64,000 bases of DNA from Guillardia theta CCMP2712 (GCF_000315625.1 NW_005434664.1:124001-188000), one strand, 5' to 3'. Counted from the stretch's first letter, positions 48,036-62,200 are shown. The notes: generated from the sequence alone by a model not told the origin. A program made the numbers and translations.

Positions 48036-51000
48036 TCATGACAACTCGATGGCTTCTTCAGCCTCCTCCTTCACGTGAGCCGGGTACGCTGTTGCTTGAT
48101 CCCCGTTCGACATGCCCTGCTGCAAGTGAGTTGCGTTGTCATCGTGAGAGAAGGATGCGGGCCGAGGGGGTTGAGCTTTGGTCTCGTAAGGAGGAAGAAG
48201 AGGGCTCGAGTGGAGGGCGAACTTCTCTCCTGCCGCTGAGTACCATCTCAGCTGAGCGTGTTGGACTTTCTCCCAGAACCTCCTGGTCACTTCCTCCTCG
48301 ACATGCAGCAGCCCTTGCCTTCCAACGATGGAGTCGTAGGTCAATGCTATGTCCCCCTCATAGCTTGTTTGCATGCCCGCCTGAGCATCTACCTCACTCC
48401 TCCCATTTCTGTTCGCCTCTGCCAGCATGTCCACGAGCTTTTCAGCCACGAATCTCCCAGCTATCTTGGCCAGGAAGCTCTCTAGCTTCCCGGTGTATTC
48501 CGCGTGCAGCTCACGCCAGTAGCCGACACAGACGTTGACGTTCCTGACGAGGATGCCACAGAGGGAGGAATGAGAGGAGGATGGAGAGCTGAGAAGAGTC
48601 TCCAGCAGGGCCGCTTCCTTGCTGCCTCTGACGACAGCCTTGAGGTGTACCATCTTCCATGGGGACACGAATGAAGCAGGACAAGTGCCGGTAGGACATG
48701 GCAGCGAGCCCTGGATCGAGGGGTTGCCCAAGGTGATGGGAGGAAGCGTGCCGGAGTCAGGCCGCATGTTGAATGACAGGGGAGGAGGAGCCCCATGCGC
48801 CGTGATCGCTGTGGCAGGTTGCGGCAGGTGGTACCTCAGGAGGGATACATCCTTGGCGATCGGGGAGAGCAACCTCTTCAGCTGCAGCATCAGCTTGTCG
48901 TCTGACTGGTACAAGCCCTCGAGACATAGAGGGCTGTACGCTATGACCTGCCGGAAACTTTCAGAACCTTCCTACACCTCCCTCCCTTCACCGTCAGGTT
49001 CACAGGATGGTAGCGCCAGACGCGAGGAGGCGGTTGGAAGGCCCCGGGGACGCTCTTGACAAGGTCGTGGATCTCGTTCTTGAACGAGTCCTGAAACGCC
49101 ATCTCGGGGTAGGAGCTGTGCACGAAGTCGGTGAACTCCTCGGAGAAGCGCGCCTCCTCTGCTCGCAAGGCTTCCTGCTCAGCCACATCACAAGGGAAGG
49201 GGAGGAAGGGGGCAGTGATCGAGGCACCTGTTTCCTCTTCCTGCGCTCTTGGTCCTTCACTTTCCGCTCATTCTCTTTCACCGCCTCTAGATCAACCGCC
49301 AGCATCCACAGCTTCTGCGCGACTGCGGCAGCGGAGTCGACGGCTGGCTTACGGACAAGCAGCCCTCCTTCCCTCTTGGCGCTCCGCTCGCTCTGCCAAC
49401 GAGCATGGATACGATTCCAGCGAGACTGCCACTCAGACTTGACGCGCTCCAACAGCTTCTCCAGCTTCGCCTTGTCCTCGCCGCACTCGTTGATGGAGCT
49501 CTCCGATATGCTGTATGCCGACAGCTCCTCCTTGAGGAACCTGACCTGAAACTTGTCCTCGTCCTCCTTGGACCACTCACTTTGCCTGGTCCCCTTGGAG
49601 CCGATGTCTAGGAGCTGCCAGCCGCTGCCTCCCTCGGCTTCCGTCCACTCCTCCTCGGGCAAATCGCAGGTCATACCCTGGAGCACCTGGCAGACAAAGA
49701 CAGCTTCCGCATCGATCATGATGCCATCAGGGATCTTCCTCCACTTGCTGCAGTTCTCGCACATGACCCACTCTTCCTTGTCTGGATCCAGTCCGATCTG
49801 CATCTTCCCGTCCACCTCCCAACCTCCATCCTCCTTGTTCTTCTGCTCCTTGGTCGAGCACGAGATGCCCTCGATCAGGCTGCACTCGAACGCGTCGTCG
49901 TCGCACAGCAGGTGCATCATGTAGGGGGGGAGCAGCCGCCACTTGCAGCACTTATCGCACTGCACCCACTGCACTCCTTTGATCTTAACGTCCTTCACCT
50001 TCCTCAGCATCGCGTCCACGTCTATCCTCACCGAGTCCTTCCCTCCTGCGCACGAGCAAGGCTTCGCCTGGCACCCGAACGGCACCCAGTACTCCGTTGC
50101 AAAGTTGCAAGACTCGGCGCAGTTGTATCCGTTGTTGAACCCGCTATGGTACGCGCCCGGAAAGTTGATCACAAACTCCCCGGCGTACTGCACAGTCCTG
50201 GTCAAGGGTATCCCGGCCTTGAGGAGGATGGAAGGCTCGATCATGTTGCTCTTGTGCCGCAGAAACTCCTTGCACTGATCCGCCTGCGTGGGGAAGTGCT
50301 TTCGGGCAAGAGCCTCCAGTTTATGCCCGTGGGTCGCTGGCACGCTATACCAGGTCTTGGGGGCTCCCCAGTGGAGGTAGTTGATAGAGTGCAGGTCCAT
50401 GTCCTCGCAGTGCCAGGCAAAGGCCGCCCGGTACATCCCCACGTAGATGAAGGGAGTGTTCACACCGGGCACGCGCTTCTTGAGCCCGAAGGTCAGCAAG
50501 CTCGGGAGCATGCTGACGTCCCAGTCGCCGCAGTGCGAGGGGTCAAAGAGCCCTTCTCTGCCGTCTGACCGCATCCCCTTGGGAGCAGGACAGTCAGCCC
50601 CGTACATGGGAGGGTTGAAGAGTACGTTCTTCCAGAACTGACGCTCGAGGAGGTCGATGTCATCCTGGTCAAGCACCTTCTTCTGCCCATCGACAGGAGG
50701 AGCGAACGCCTTGCTCTGAGCGATCCTCTTGAACTCTGCGAGCTTCATGCTCCGCTTCTCCTCGTGCATGTTCATGTACAGCCCCTTCCCCCCGATAGCG
50801 TTCTGCTTGATGGGTCGCTTCACTGTGACCGCCTCCTCCAGCTCTGGGCTGGAGTCTTGCAACGTGTAGACATCGTGTGCTCGGGGCTGCCAACCAGCCG
50901 GAGGAACCACCTTACACACTCCGATGTGTCCTACTAACCTGTCGAGTTTCTGAACATACGCGTAGAAATCTGCGAACTCTTCCTCGGTGGGGTAGAAGAC

Positions 51001-51114
51001 AGGAGTCTCCATCATGGACCCGATGTCGATGGGCCACTTGCTGTCTCTGCCTCCGTAGAGCATGGCATTCCTGCGCTCTTTGATGGGGTCGACCTTCTTG
51101 TTCCTCTTGGTCAT
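48036..51114 (-). CDS. KDM4-like JmjN/JmjC histone demethylase with two zf-CW domains
   Basis: TPVFYPTEEEF (JmjN); GVNTPFIYVGM..FAWHCEDMDLHSINYLH, YHSGFN (HxE...H triad); WVQCDKCCKWR and WVMCENCSKWR. Extra 5' exons to about 51800 possible. Confidence 0.9.
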
Positions 51115-51941
51115 CTCCACCTCCGCTCTGCTCTGCTCACACGGACCTGACAACACAGACAAACGTCAAAGGCATCGCATGGCCATGGCATGCAGTCTCG
51201 TCTCTTGTTGTCTCTGTTGTCTCTTGTGTTCTCTTCAGCAAACCTCCTTCTCTCCTGCACAATGATCTGCTCTTGGCCAGTTCGACAGCCGGTGAATCAT
51301 TGCTTCACGCGATCAGCCCTTCTTTCGCCTTCCTAGTTTGCATCTTCATCAGCCACCTTCGTCCTTTTCCTGTGGTGGTCCTAACGAAGTTCTTATCCCC
51401 TCTTCCTGTCTCGTCCTCCTTTGCAGCCGCCTGTACCTTGTCCTTCACTCCTTCAGCGCCTAGAAGCTCTCCTTTCTCTTCTCTCAATCTAGGTGCTCTT
51501 GCATGCTCTTTCAACCTAAACCTTTCAACTTCATCCTTCCTCATCATCTCCCCTCTGCTCTCTTTCCCCTCCTCCTCCTCCTCCCCTCTCCTCTCGGTCT
51601 TCATGGCTTGTTGCAAAAATAAATCCTCCGCGCATCTTCAAACGTATCACTGAGATGGGACTGAGCGGGGATGAGGGACCACGAACCCTCCTGAAGGGCA
51701 ATGGCGCGGGCTGGAACCGAGGAGCTGGTAGCGGTGGGGGAGACGACGAGGACGCTTCCTTGACATGTGAGGACAGATCATGGTAGACGAGACAAGAGAG
51801 AAAGAGTGCGCGCATGTACTTGAGATGAGCACCCGGGTTGGGGCATACGGAAGAGTTGTATAGATAAACTTCTGAAGTGCGATCAAGTTTGGAAGCTCTG
51901 ACTTGTCCTGCTAGCTTGAAGCCTCTGAAGCCTCTGGAGCT

Positions 51942-54900
51942 ATGAAGATCTCCGAGCTGTTTGCAGAGCAGAACGAAGAGATGCAGCTGAGCCACCAGGA
52001 GGCAAGTGAGCAGGAGGCGTCCAAGTCCAAGGCTCGGGTTGGTGGAGCCTTCGACGACGTGAGGAAGGCCATGAGCGAGAAGAAGAAGAGAAAGGCGAAT
52101 GTGAGCCAGGAGACCCCAGCCAAGGGGCAGAAGAGGATAGACACTTTCTTCTTCTCCAAGAGTGACGAGCTGCATAGCTCATCCGCCCCCCCTCCTCCCA
52201 ACAGGGAGGCAGGAGAGCCTGGGGATTTGCTTCCACGAACTTGCGAGGAGTGGGACGAGAAGTGGAATGGAGTGATCGAGAACTTCAAGGTCGGTCGAGA
52301 GAAAGTCTCGCGCAGCTGTCATGAGCAGAACATGGAGGAGTGCGAGCAGCAGGAGCCTGTCATGGACTTGAAGGCTTCGATGGAGAACCCGAAACTCGAG
52401 CAATCGGAGGAAAGTGCGTTTGAGGCCAGGGAGGATCCTACTACCAGCATGAAGGAGGAGCCGATGAATGTGAGACCATGGTGTGAAAGTCTCGGCAAGT
52501 CCTCACGCTGTTTGCTGTGCAGTACCTTCCCTCTTCCTGTGTTGACCTCTGGGACAAGGATCATGTCAGGATGCCTTTTTCTACTCACAACGTCTCAGTC
52601 AGGGATGGGAGGCCGAGGTGGATTCGTCTTAAGGAGCTCTTGACGCCTCCGGACAAGTTCTCCCTAGGAGATCCTTTGCAGAACTATCGCGCGTTTGAGA
52701 AAGCTCTGTTCGGTGATGCAACTTTGTCTTCTGTTGTGATATTCCTCTTTTCATGTGATAGTTTTGAAAACAGGGTACATGAGCAAAGCTGGACAGACAC
52801 AGCTGTCAGGGAAGTTTGTTGCGTTGCAATCTGTCATCCTGGAAGACATGTCGGAGGAGGAACAAGATGTTTTCTTCAAGCAGCTGCTTCCTTTCATCAT
52901 TAACACGGCACTGCGGTTGCCAGAGTTCTGTTGTGATCCAGTTGAGCTGTTGAAATCGGGACGGGAAGGGAGTGTGAAGCTGAACTCGTAAGTTGTGTGA
53001 TGATGATCACTGTTGTCTCGTTGAACCATCTCTGCCTGCCTTTGCACCTGATTCTCAATCCCAGATTACAAATCCTTTCGTTGATCTCCAATGCGTTTCT
53101 TTGCACTTTCCCAGAACGAAAAGAAGTTGGTAAGCCCAACAGATTTCAGCGATTCAACTTCACAAGCCTCTTTGGGCAGCAATGGTAATGACGCCTTGTA
53201 CATGGCTGGATGTGCTTGTCTGTTTGTCATCGTCGATGGATGGTGATGTGAGTGAAGCTGATGGTGATGCTGCAGGAGAGATGAAAGAAGATTGAATCAA
53301 CAGAAGGAGAAGATAAAATGTATCCTCCATTACATCAGGAAGCAATCTCTCAGAGCCTTCACCACCCTGGCTGGCCGCCATGTTGTCTTTGCTCGCCGTA
53401 TGATCGACGATGAAAGTTTCCTACCTTGTCCTCCCTCCCCTTCATTGGACATCAACGTGACCATCCTTAACGACGGAAAGATCGAAGATCACGACCCCGA
53501 TGGCCTAACCTGGCAGGCAGATTTCGCAAACGAGATGGTTGGACTCCTTCTCTTCTTCCGCGCACAACCTCCTCCTCTTGGCGCTTCCCTACCCTGTCAT
53601 TCCGTCCTCCTCCACCTTTCCTCCTTTCCTCCTCCTCCTCCTCCTCCTCCTCCTCCTCCTCCTGCGATTCTTATCCAACCGCCTCTATGCTGGACTGACT
53701 TTCTCTGCAGATAGGAGGAGGAGTTCTTAGCTCGGGCTGCCTGCAGGAAGAAATTCGTTTCTCCATCTCCCCCGAGCTTCTTGTCTCGCTCCTCCTCGCC
53801 GAGAAGCTGGAAGACGGCGAGACGCTGCTGATGGAAGGGAGCGAACGGTTCTCAGCGTACGAGGGCTATGCTTCCTCTTTCCGGTTCTGTGGAGACTGGG
53901 AGGAAGAGAGGAGGAAGAGAAATAGGCGTGACGAGAACAAGAAGGAGAGGGAGGAAAGGGACGAGGAAGAGACAAGAAAGGAGGGAGGGAGGAGCAATGA
54001 ACAGGGAAAGGCGACAGTAACTGCGATGGATGCAACTTTCTTCGGAAGAAGAGAATTTGCGCGGCAGTTTTCGTATCTTCGACATTTTCTTCTTCCTCCT
54101 CATGACCTCCCGCGCAGGTGGGCGAGCATCGAGAGAGAGCTGATCAAGTGCTGGTGCGCTTTCCGACCACGCGAGGAGGAGAAAGTAACTCGGAAGGAGG
54201 AGGAAGGGAAAAAGGAGGAGGAGAAAGGAGAGGAAGGAACGGTAAATGAAGAGGAGGGGAGGAAGAAGGCAGGGGACCAGGGGAGCGGAGCGCCTGCGAT
54301 AGCTACGGGGAAATGGGGATGTGGAGCGTTCGGCGGGGACCCACTCCTTAAGTTTCTAATCCAAGTGTTGGCTGCTTGGCGAGCAGGTCGGGAAGAACAA
54401 GGGGAAGGGAGGAAGGCAGGGGATGGTGGGCAGGCAGGCAGGCAGGCAGGCAGGGGTGGGGGGTGGGGAGGAGGGAGGGGAGGGGAGGGGAGGGGAGGGA
54501 GGGAGGGAGGAGGTAATAGCTCGTGCAGGCCGTGATCTTGTATTCTTTACATTTGGGGATGTGCACTTTTCATCGTCAGCAGAGAAAGTCATGAGGTGAG
54601 GGAGGAGCGAAGGGGGAGGAGGGGATGGTAGAAGGAGGGAGAGGAGGGGGAGGAGAGGAGGAATAAAGAAGGGGGGGGGGAGGAGGAGGGGTAAAGACTG
54701 AAGACACGCTGCCAGTCTAATCAAGAGATCCAACTGCTCCATGACGTCGCTGGTTGCGATCTTGAAAGACTTCGAGGTATATCACTTTAAACATTTACAG
54801 TTCCCACAGCCCTTTTCCCTGTACTCCCCTTCCTCTCAGTCGTTCTCTTCCTCTTCCTCTTCCTCTTCCCCCTTCCTCTCAGTCGTTCTCCTCGTCTTCC

Positions 54901-55109
54901 TCTCTGCAGCCCCTCCCTCCTCGTCTCCTTCCGCTCCCTCCCTCCTCTCCTCTCTTCCCCTCCCTGTCATCATCCTTACTTCATCGCAGCATCATCGTGA
55001 CACCCTTCAAGTGTCGCACGCGGCGGCACCCGAGGTTCATGCGCGTCTCTTCCGGGCGTACATCGAGCAGCAGCTCTCAGCGTTGTGCAATGCAACTCAG
55101 GAGATATGA
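51942..55109 (+). CDS. PARG: Poly(ADP-ribose) glycohydrolase
   Basis: HVRMPFS, QADFAN, GGGVLSSGCLQEEIRF (GGG-X-QEE), ERFSAYEGYASSF, IATGKWGCGAFGGD across many exons. Confidence 0.93.
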
Positions 55110-56187
55110 ATCTTCAACTGCCCCTCCTCCTTCTCCTGTCCTTGCTGCGGCCCTTCTTCCTCCTCCTCCTCTCTCCTCCTTCGTCCGTCCTTGACCGCCC
55201 CCTCCTCCTTCCCGTTGCCATCTGCTCTCATCTTGTCCTCAAGCTGCATCGCCAGGATCCGCGCCTCCTCGTGCGCTGGGTCCATGCTGAGAGCGGCGTC
55301 GAGAAAGGAGCGGGCCTCCTCCAACCTTCTCCTCCTCCACCTCAGCTTGCCGAGCCGCACGAGAATGTCTGGCTCGTCGGAGTTCGCCTGCAGCGCGTTC
55401 AAGAGGAGGCGATCGGCCGCGAGCAGATTCTCCTCCTCCTCCCCCTCCTCCTTCACAGCCGCCAAGTTTGACAGCAGAACTCCGTCAGCTGGATGTAGCT
55501 GGACTGCCTCCTGGAAGACACAGCTGGCAGAAGCCAAGTCCTTCCTCCTCTTCCATAGGAACACTCCCCAGCTGTTGAGGGCCTGCGCATTGCGAGGCTG
55601 AAACTGTAGAGCTCGCACGTACATCCTCCCTGCCGCTGCCTCGTCCTCCACGCCCTCACACACGCGGCCGCAGCTGAGGAGGTCTTGGAGGTCGTTGGGG
55701 AGGAGGAGGAGACTTCTTTCGTACATGCTGCGCGCCTCCTCCAGCCTCTCCTCCTCCTCCAGCAACTCTGCCGAAGCTCGCATCGCCATCCTGTGCTGAG
55801 GATCCAGGACGATTGCTTGCTGGTACAGGTCAAGCGCCCTCGTCCGCCCTCCCTCTGTCTCCTCGTCCTCCGCCATCCCTTGCAGGAAGCGAACATGCCC
55901 GTTGCTCGGGTCCTGGCGGCCAATCTCCTCCAGCTCCTTCACTGCTGCGAAGAATTCTTCCTCTTCCACTTCCTCTTCGTCTCCGAGCCTGATCGCGTAC
56001 TCGATCCTCCTCAGCTGCCAGTAGGTCTTGTGCTCACTCCTCCTGCTGCTCTCATCGATATGCTCCAGCAGCTCGTCGTCCTCTGCCAGACGATGAGAGG
56101 GAAAAGAGAAGGAGGGGGAAGGAGGAGGGAGAGGGAAGCAGCTCAAAACTCACAGGGTGAACGGGACAGTTGAAGAGGAAGAGCATG

Positions 56188-56229
<42 letters not shown>

Positions 56230-59200
56230 AGCAGGAGGAGCAGGAGCAAGAGCAGGAGCAACAGTAACAGTAGCAGCAGGAGAAGGCGAAGGAGAGGCGG
56301 GACTTTGTGCTCACCTGCTGTTTGTAGAGCATCCGCTAGCCCCCGCATCGCCTGCTCGTTGTAGGGGTACAGGGCGAGGAGGAGACGAAACCCTCTTATG
56401 ACGCTCTCGATGCTGCAGCCCTCGTGCTGGAACAGCTCAGCCAGGAGCCTCGCGCGATGGAGGAGGAGGAGGTTGTCTGCTGGGCTAAGGAGGAGAGCTC
56501 GTTCGGTAGCCTCGAGGGAGGAGGAGAGGGTTGTGTTGCAGCAGAGCAGGACTTGTCTCGCTGCCCTCGCTGCTCCATGCAGTCTCCCGTCGTAGTATGC
56601 AGCTGGGTTGAGCGATTCTTGCTCCTCCCTGTCTTCTTCTGGGTGTTGCCTCTTCTCAGTTGTCTGCTTCTCCTCCTCCTCCTCCTCCTCCTGATCTAAC
56701 AAGCAGGGAGCCATCTTCATCACCTGCTGCAGGAGAGGAAGGAAACGATCTCCCTTGAGGATACACGCGTCGATGAGTGCCATACGGAGGAGGGAGACGG
56801 AGGGAGACAGCAGGAAGAAGCCGCCGAAGCAGTGCATGAACGGGTCGGCGCTGCTGCGATAGGAGGCGATTGAGAGGTTGTAGGAGGAGGAGGCAGAGAC
56901 ATAGTCTCCTAGCAATTCTTGCACTTCCGCCAGCAGGAACAGAGCACAGGAAGAGTGATTGGAGGAGACAAGCTGCTGGAGCGAGTCAGCGAGACGACGA
57001 AGCTCCAGCTGAGAAAGTTTTCCTCCTCTTCCTCCCTGGTCGTCATCTTCCACCGCATGCCGCACCCGAGCCAACTGGTACCTGTACCTTGCAAGGAGGA
57101 GGAGTGGGTTGTGAGGGAGGAGCTGCTCTGCCCGATCAAGGAGAGTCAGAGACTGCTGGACTGAAGGCTTCTTGAGGAGAGGGGAGCAGCACAGGGAGGA
57201 GAGAAACACGTGCTCCACTGCTGGCTGCTCCGATCTGCACAGCTCATCCTCCGCCAACTTCCTGCAGGAGCCCAGCAGTCTCCTCGCGTGTCGACTCCTC
57301 CCCCGAAGATGCAGCAGCGCAGCCCGTGAGCAGAGGAGCTGCCGGGTCAAATTTCGATCAGGTGCGGCAACTTCAAGGCTGTCATGAGACATGTTTGCCA
57401 TCACGTCTGCCTTCACATTCACCAGCATTGGCTCTGTACTGTTTCCTTGCTCCAGCCTGCCGGACGACGATTCGGATCTCTTCACTCGTTTCAAGAAGCT
57501 GCCAGTCTCCTCGAGCACTCGACTGATCGTTTGCTCGTCCCCGTACCTCTCGAGGACTTTCTCCATCCTCTCGATCTCACTCCTTGTCTTCCTCTTCGCA
57601 ACTCGCAGCTGGTCAAACTCCCGCTGCTGATCCAAGTCAAACTCCAGCTCTTCGTTCATAGTCTTGTCAAGGGAGCAGGACGCCTGTTGCATGTCCTCGA
57701 GTCTCCTCCTGAGTCTTCTCAGCTCCTCCAGCTGCTCCTTGAGCTCCTCGTGCTTCTTCTCGAGCTTCTTCCATCGCCTCCTCTTGCCCCCGGGGCACGA
57801 CAGAAACGAGCTGAAGAAGCCCAGCTGCGACGGGTCCTCGTTGTCTCCCTTCCGCGCATCCCCTCTTGCCGGTGCTCTTCCTCGCAATGCAAGTTCTTCT
57901 CCTCCCCTGACACCCCGCAGACTGAAAGAGGCTGCAAGATCCTTGAAGTAGGAGGAGGAGGAGGAGGAGGAGGAGGAAAGGTTCCTCCAGCTGAAGTACT
58001 TGAGCAGGGAGGAGGAGGCGCTTGTTCCGATGGTTCTGATCTTCTTGAACAGAGAGGGCGAGGACGCAGAATACTGTCTCTTCTTGTTCGTCGACTGTCT
58101 CACGACTTCCTCGTCCTCGCTCCTGCTCTTCATGGCAAGAGACAGACTGTTTCCAATCCTTTTCAGCACACTCTCCCGCTCCCTCCTTGCCATCAGGAAG
58201 GGCCATGGCGCCCTCCCCGTCATGTTTGCGGCCAGCTGATCAAGTTGCTGCCGGCTCACCCCAGCAGGAAGAGGAAGGTGGGTCCCGTCGGGAGAGCTGG
58301 CAATAGCCGCAAACTCCTGTACGCAGGCTTCGCCCATGAGGAAGGGAGACATGCGGAAGGCACGCTTGAAGAACTTGAACGCCTCCTCCTTCCTTTCTGT
58401 GCGGCTGTGATGATCGCCGAGGACGAGGAGGGTGGAGAGATGGTAGGGATTCAGCCTCAGCACCGCCCTCAGCATGCTCTCTGCTACTCGGCTCTGCGAC
58501 GAGTTCGACTTCATCATCCCATCCCCCAGCACCGCGATCGCGTCGTGCGCCCATGGCTTCCCCAGGGCGTAGGAGGACGTGAGCGTGGCTTTCTGCCCTC
58601 GCTTCACCAGACCCTTCCTGGCAAGAGAAGGCAGTGCTGACGTCATCACGGTCTTGTACTCCAACCACGACTTGAGATGCGCAATCCCGTCCTCGAGCGA
58701 TTTCAGACGGGCCTCGGCGAGGGCGAGGAGAACGGCAGCTCTCTCATCCTTGGGTCGATGCGACAGCAACCTGCGAGCGAGCTTGCTGGCCATCTCGGCG
58801 TTGAGGATCGATCTCTCCTCTCCCTCCTCCTCCCTGTGCCCAGAGTAGAGGAGGAAGTAACCGAAGTCCAGCCACACCCTGGCATAGGAAGCGTCGTCTA
58901 GGAACCCCTCAGCTGACCACAAGCTCTTCCAGCTGAACTTGTGCTGGGAGAAGGGGATCAAGGCTTCGCGTTTCAGCGGGGGCAACTTGTCAATGATGGT
59001 GTCGTTGGTGAAGAAGGTATTCTTGAGCAGCAGGAACCTCTCCTCCTCCTTCTCCTCCTCCTCCTTCTTCCGCTGTTCTTTCTCCTCTTTCCGGCTTCCT
59101 CCCTCTGTCTCCATCGTCATCCTCTCATCAGCAACCTTCATAGCCCGCAGGTAGAGATCGTGAGCCGAGGAGAGGTTCCCCTTCTCATGCCAGTCCCACT

Positions 59201-62200
59201 CGGCACAAGCTCGCAGGAGGCGAGTGTTGTTGGGGAACAGGCCCAACAGCTCCTCCAGCTTGTTGCGAACTTCCTCCCTCCCTCCCTTTGACTCCTCCCG
59301 CACTGCCCAGCTCAGTCCCAGCGCTGCATCAACCCTGTTCGGCTCGAGCTCGAGAGCATGCTGAAAGAGCTCACGTGCCTGCTCTAGATCGCGACAGACC
59401 GCAAAGATCTTGAGGTATTCCAGCTGGCTGTAGGCTGGAGTGTAGCTAGAGAGGTCAGCAGCATCGAGCGTTCGCTCCAGCTCGCTGCTCTCGTCGCCCT
59501 CCGGCAAGAAAATCTTCTGCTCTATCCTGACTCTCTCCCTCTTCTTGGACTTGATGTAATCGTAGTCCGGGGTATCTCTCAGCTCTGGCTCCAGCTCTCT
59601 GTTCAGCAGGAGCACGGCGTAGAGCACGGAAGCGTCTGCCATCTTCTTTCCCAGATCATCGTTGACTGTCCACTCCAACCCGTCCTTAGCCTGTTCAGTG
59701 TCAGTTCTCAAGCCTCTGCCTCTCGCTACCTCTCTTTCATGCGGTTCTCACCTGGTCTCTTCGCCCCATCACCGCGAGCAAGAAGACAGCATAGACAAAC
59801 TGCTTGAGGGCACAGAACGGGTCGACCTTGACAGACATCTCTATTAGCATCTTAGCTGAGTTGAAGTCTCGACGTACACTGCGTACAAAGTTATGAGAGA
59901 ATGGAAGGAGAAAGGCGAGGAGGGAGGAGGGAGGAGGGAGGAGGGAGGAGGGAGGAGGGAGTGTGCATGGCGAGAAGGAATGCAGGGAGTAGACGGTCTG
60001 CACAACTCACGTGAAAACAAATCTTCCATATGCATAAAGCATCTCCTTCCCGTAGGGGTTCAAGACGAAAGCACGCGAGTACAGCCTCTCAGCCTCCTCG
60101 AAGTCTTTGTGCTCGTCCTCCATGATCTCCCCGAGTTTCACCATCACCCGATCGTTCTCTGGGTAGAGAGCAAGAGATCGCTGCAGTAAGTCCTCTGCCT
60201 CATCCATCTTCCCGTCATACGCCTTGATCACTGCCAAGTTGTGGTAGGCTGTGACGTGAGGTGGGAAATTGGCTCCAGCAGCAGTCTTCATGGGACATTT
60301 GACCGCCTGAGCAAACGCATCCTCCGCCTCCGCCTCTCTCCCTTGACGATAAAGGAGGAGGCCGTAATCGCACAGAGCAGAAGCGTTGTCAGGAGTTTGC
60401 TCTAAGGTCTTGCAGTAGAATTCTTCGTCTTGAGACGCTTCATGCTCCATACAGTTCCAGCAGTCTTCAGGCCCTTTCACCTCATTCGCAGCAATCCATG
60501 CATCCACCGCCCCCTGAGCCTCCTTGGAACCAAACACCCACGAAGATCCGGGGACCTGAACTTCAGGCTGGAGGCATATTCCTCCGATGATCTGCCGCAG
60601 ACGGAAGCGATACCCGTTCTTGTATATCCAAGGGGAGACCGTTGGATCTTCTATGCTCTTGAGACTTTCCTCCCGCTCCTTGTATAACTGCCTGTGCGCG
60701 TGCGCTGCTTGGTCCAAGGCATTCTTGAGGTAGGCAGAGACGGTGTTGGCATGAACCTCGCTCGGAGTTCTCCCCTTGGACGCCGGGAACTTATTCCCAT
60801 TGAGGTCTACAAAGGTCATGTTGAAGTCCTGCCACTCCTAGGGGACGGAGAGTTCAGAGTCGAGCTAGAGAAATGACATATGGGAAGACATGAAGACTGG
60901 ACAGCAACACGACAGGAAAAGTGAGCGAGAGAGAGCGAGAGATAGCAAGAGAGAGAGAGCGAGACAGAGCGAGACGGAGAGGGAGGGAGCGAGCGAGGGA
61001 GGAAGCGAGCGAGCGAGAGAGAGAGGAAGGTATCAACGATGTACAACATGCAGTCAGCCAACTCACCGTAAGATTCCTGGACCAGAGCGGTTTTCTTCTC
61101 TCCCTCTCCTCTTCGAGCCACTTCCTCCATTTCCTCCACTTCTGCAACCTCAAGAGGTTTTCACGTTTCACTTCCTCAAATGTCCACCCCGTGAATCCGG
61201 CATCGACCGGCTCGCCTTCGAGAAAAAGTCTGCAGATGTCTTCCTCTCGCCGTATGCGGCTGCCATTGACCATCTTCGTACTCATAATGACATCTGTCGG
61301 CTCATCTTCAGCTCTTTGTGCAGGAATCTCACAGTAGTCGGGGGTCCAAGTTACGTTCATGTACTGCTTCCTGTGCGCTTGCAGGACTTCTTGCCATGTT
61401 CGTACCCTGGTGTGATTGTGCACATTGAGCTGCCTCGCATCGATTTCTGCGCTGCTGGACGTCTCATTGCCATCGTCTCTGTCCAGGTCGTCGGAACCTT
61501 CACTCCCCTTATCACTCCCTCCTCCGCTCATCTCGTCGTCTCTCTCCCGCGCCTCCTTCCCCACCCGCATGAAGTCCTGATGCTGCATCGGAACATTCAC
61601 GTACTGTATGCTCCTCCCAACCTCGTAATGATTGACGCCCCATCCTCCATCAGAATACTCGTCCTCCATCTCCTCCTTTGGTGTCGAGCCCCTCCCAATC
61701 CACCCGTTGTAGCCCTCGTGCACCTTGGGGTCGAACTCAGTCATGCCCGTGTAGTTTGGCCGTTGGCGGTAAAGGTACATGAGCTCGGGAAGGTGATCCA
61801 TGGAGTCAGAGAGCTCATCGCAGGACTTGTTCATCTCATGGCGGAAATGATGCTCCACTTCCCCATACAGCGCCGGCGTTCCGTCGTCATAGCACCCGAC
61901 AAACGTCTCGTTGTTTTCGCAGTCGCCCCATGTTCTGATATGCCCTGGAGGAGGGTCCATTGTAGCCTCGGGGCAGTCTTCGCCCCACACTGGACCAGCC
62001 CACCCCAGGTCCTTCTCGATGGGGGACCTCCAGTACGTCAGGTTCGGGTCCTCCGGCCTCACGTCTCGAGTGAAGATGGTGCCGGGAGGGAGATTGAATA
62101 AGTTGCTGATGTTGGAGTGGTCAGGAGGTGGGTAGTAAGGGGGCGATGGCTCTCTCGGCGTCGGGCTCTTCTCCGGCACTGATATGTCCCCTTGGATATC

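Noticed and set aside
51305-51820. Separate signal+MRGG gene upstream of the JmjC gene
   Set aside because: Frames are ambiguous; may be 5' exons of the JmjC gene, so not counted as an LRGG case.
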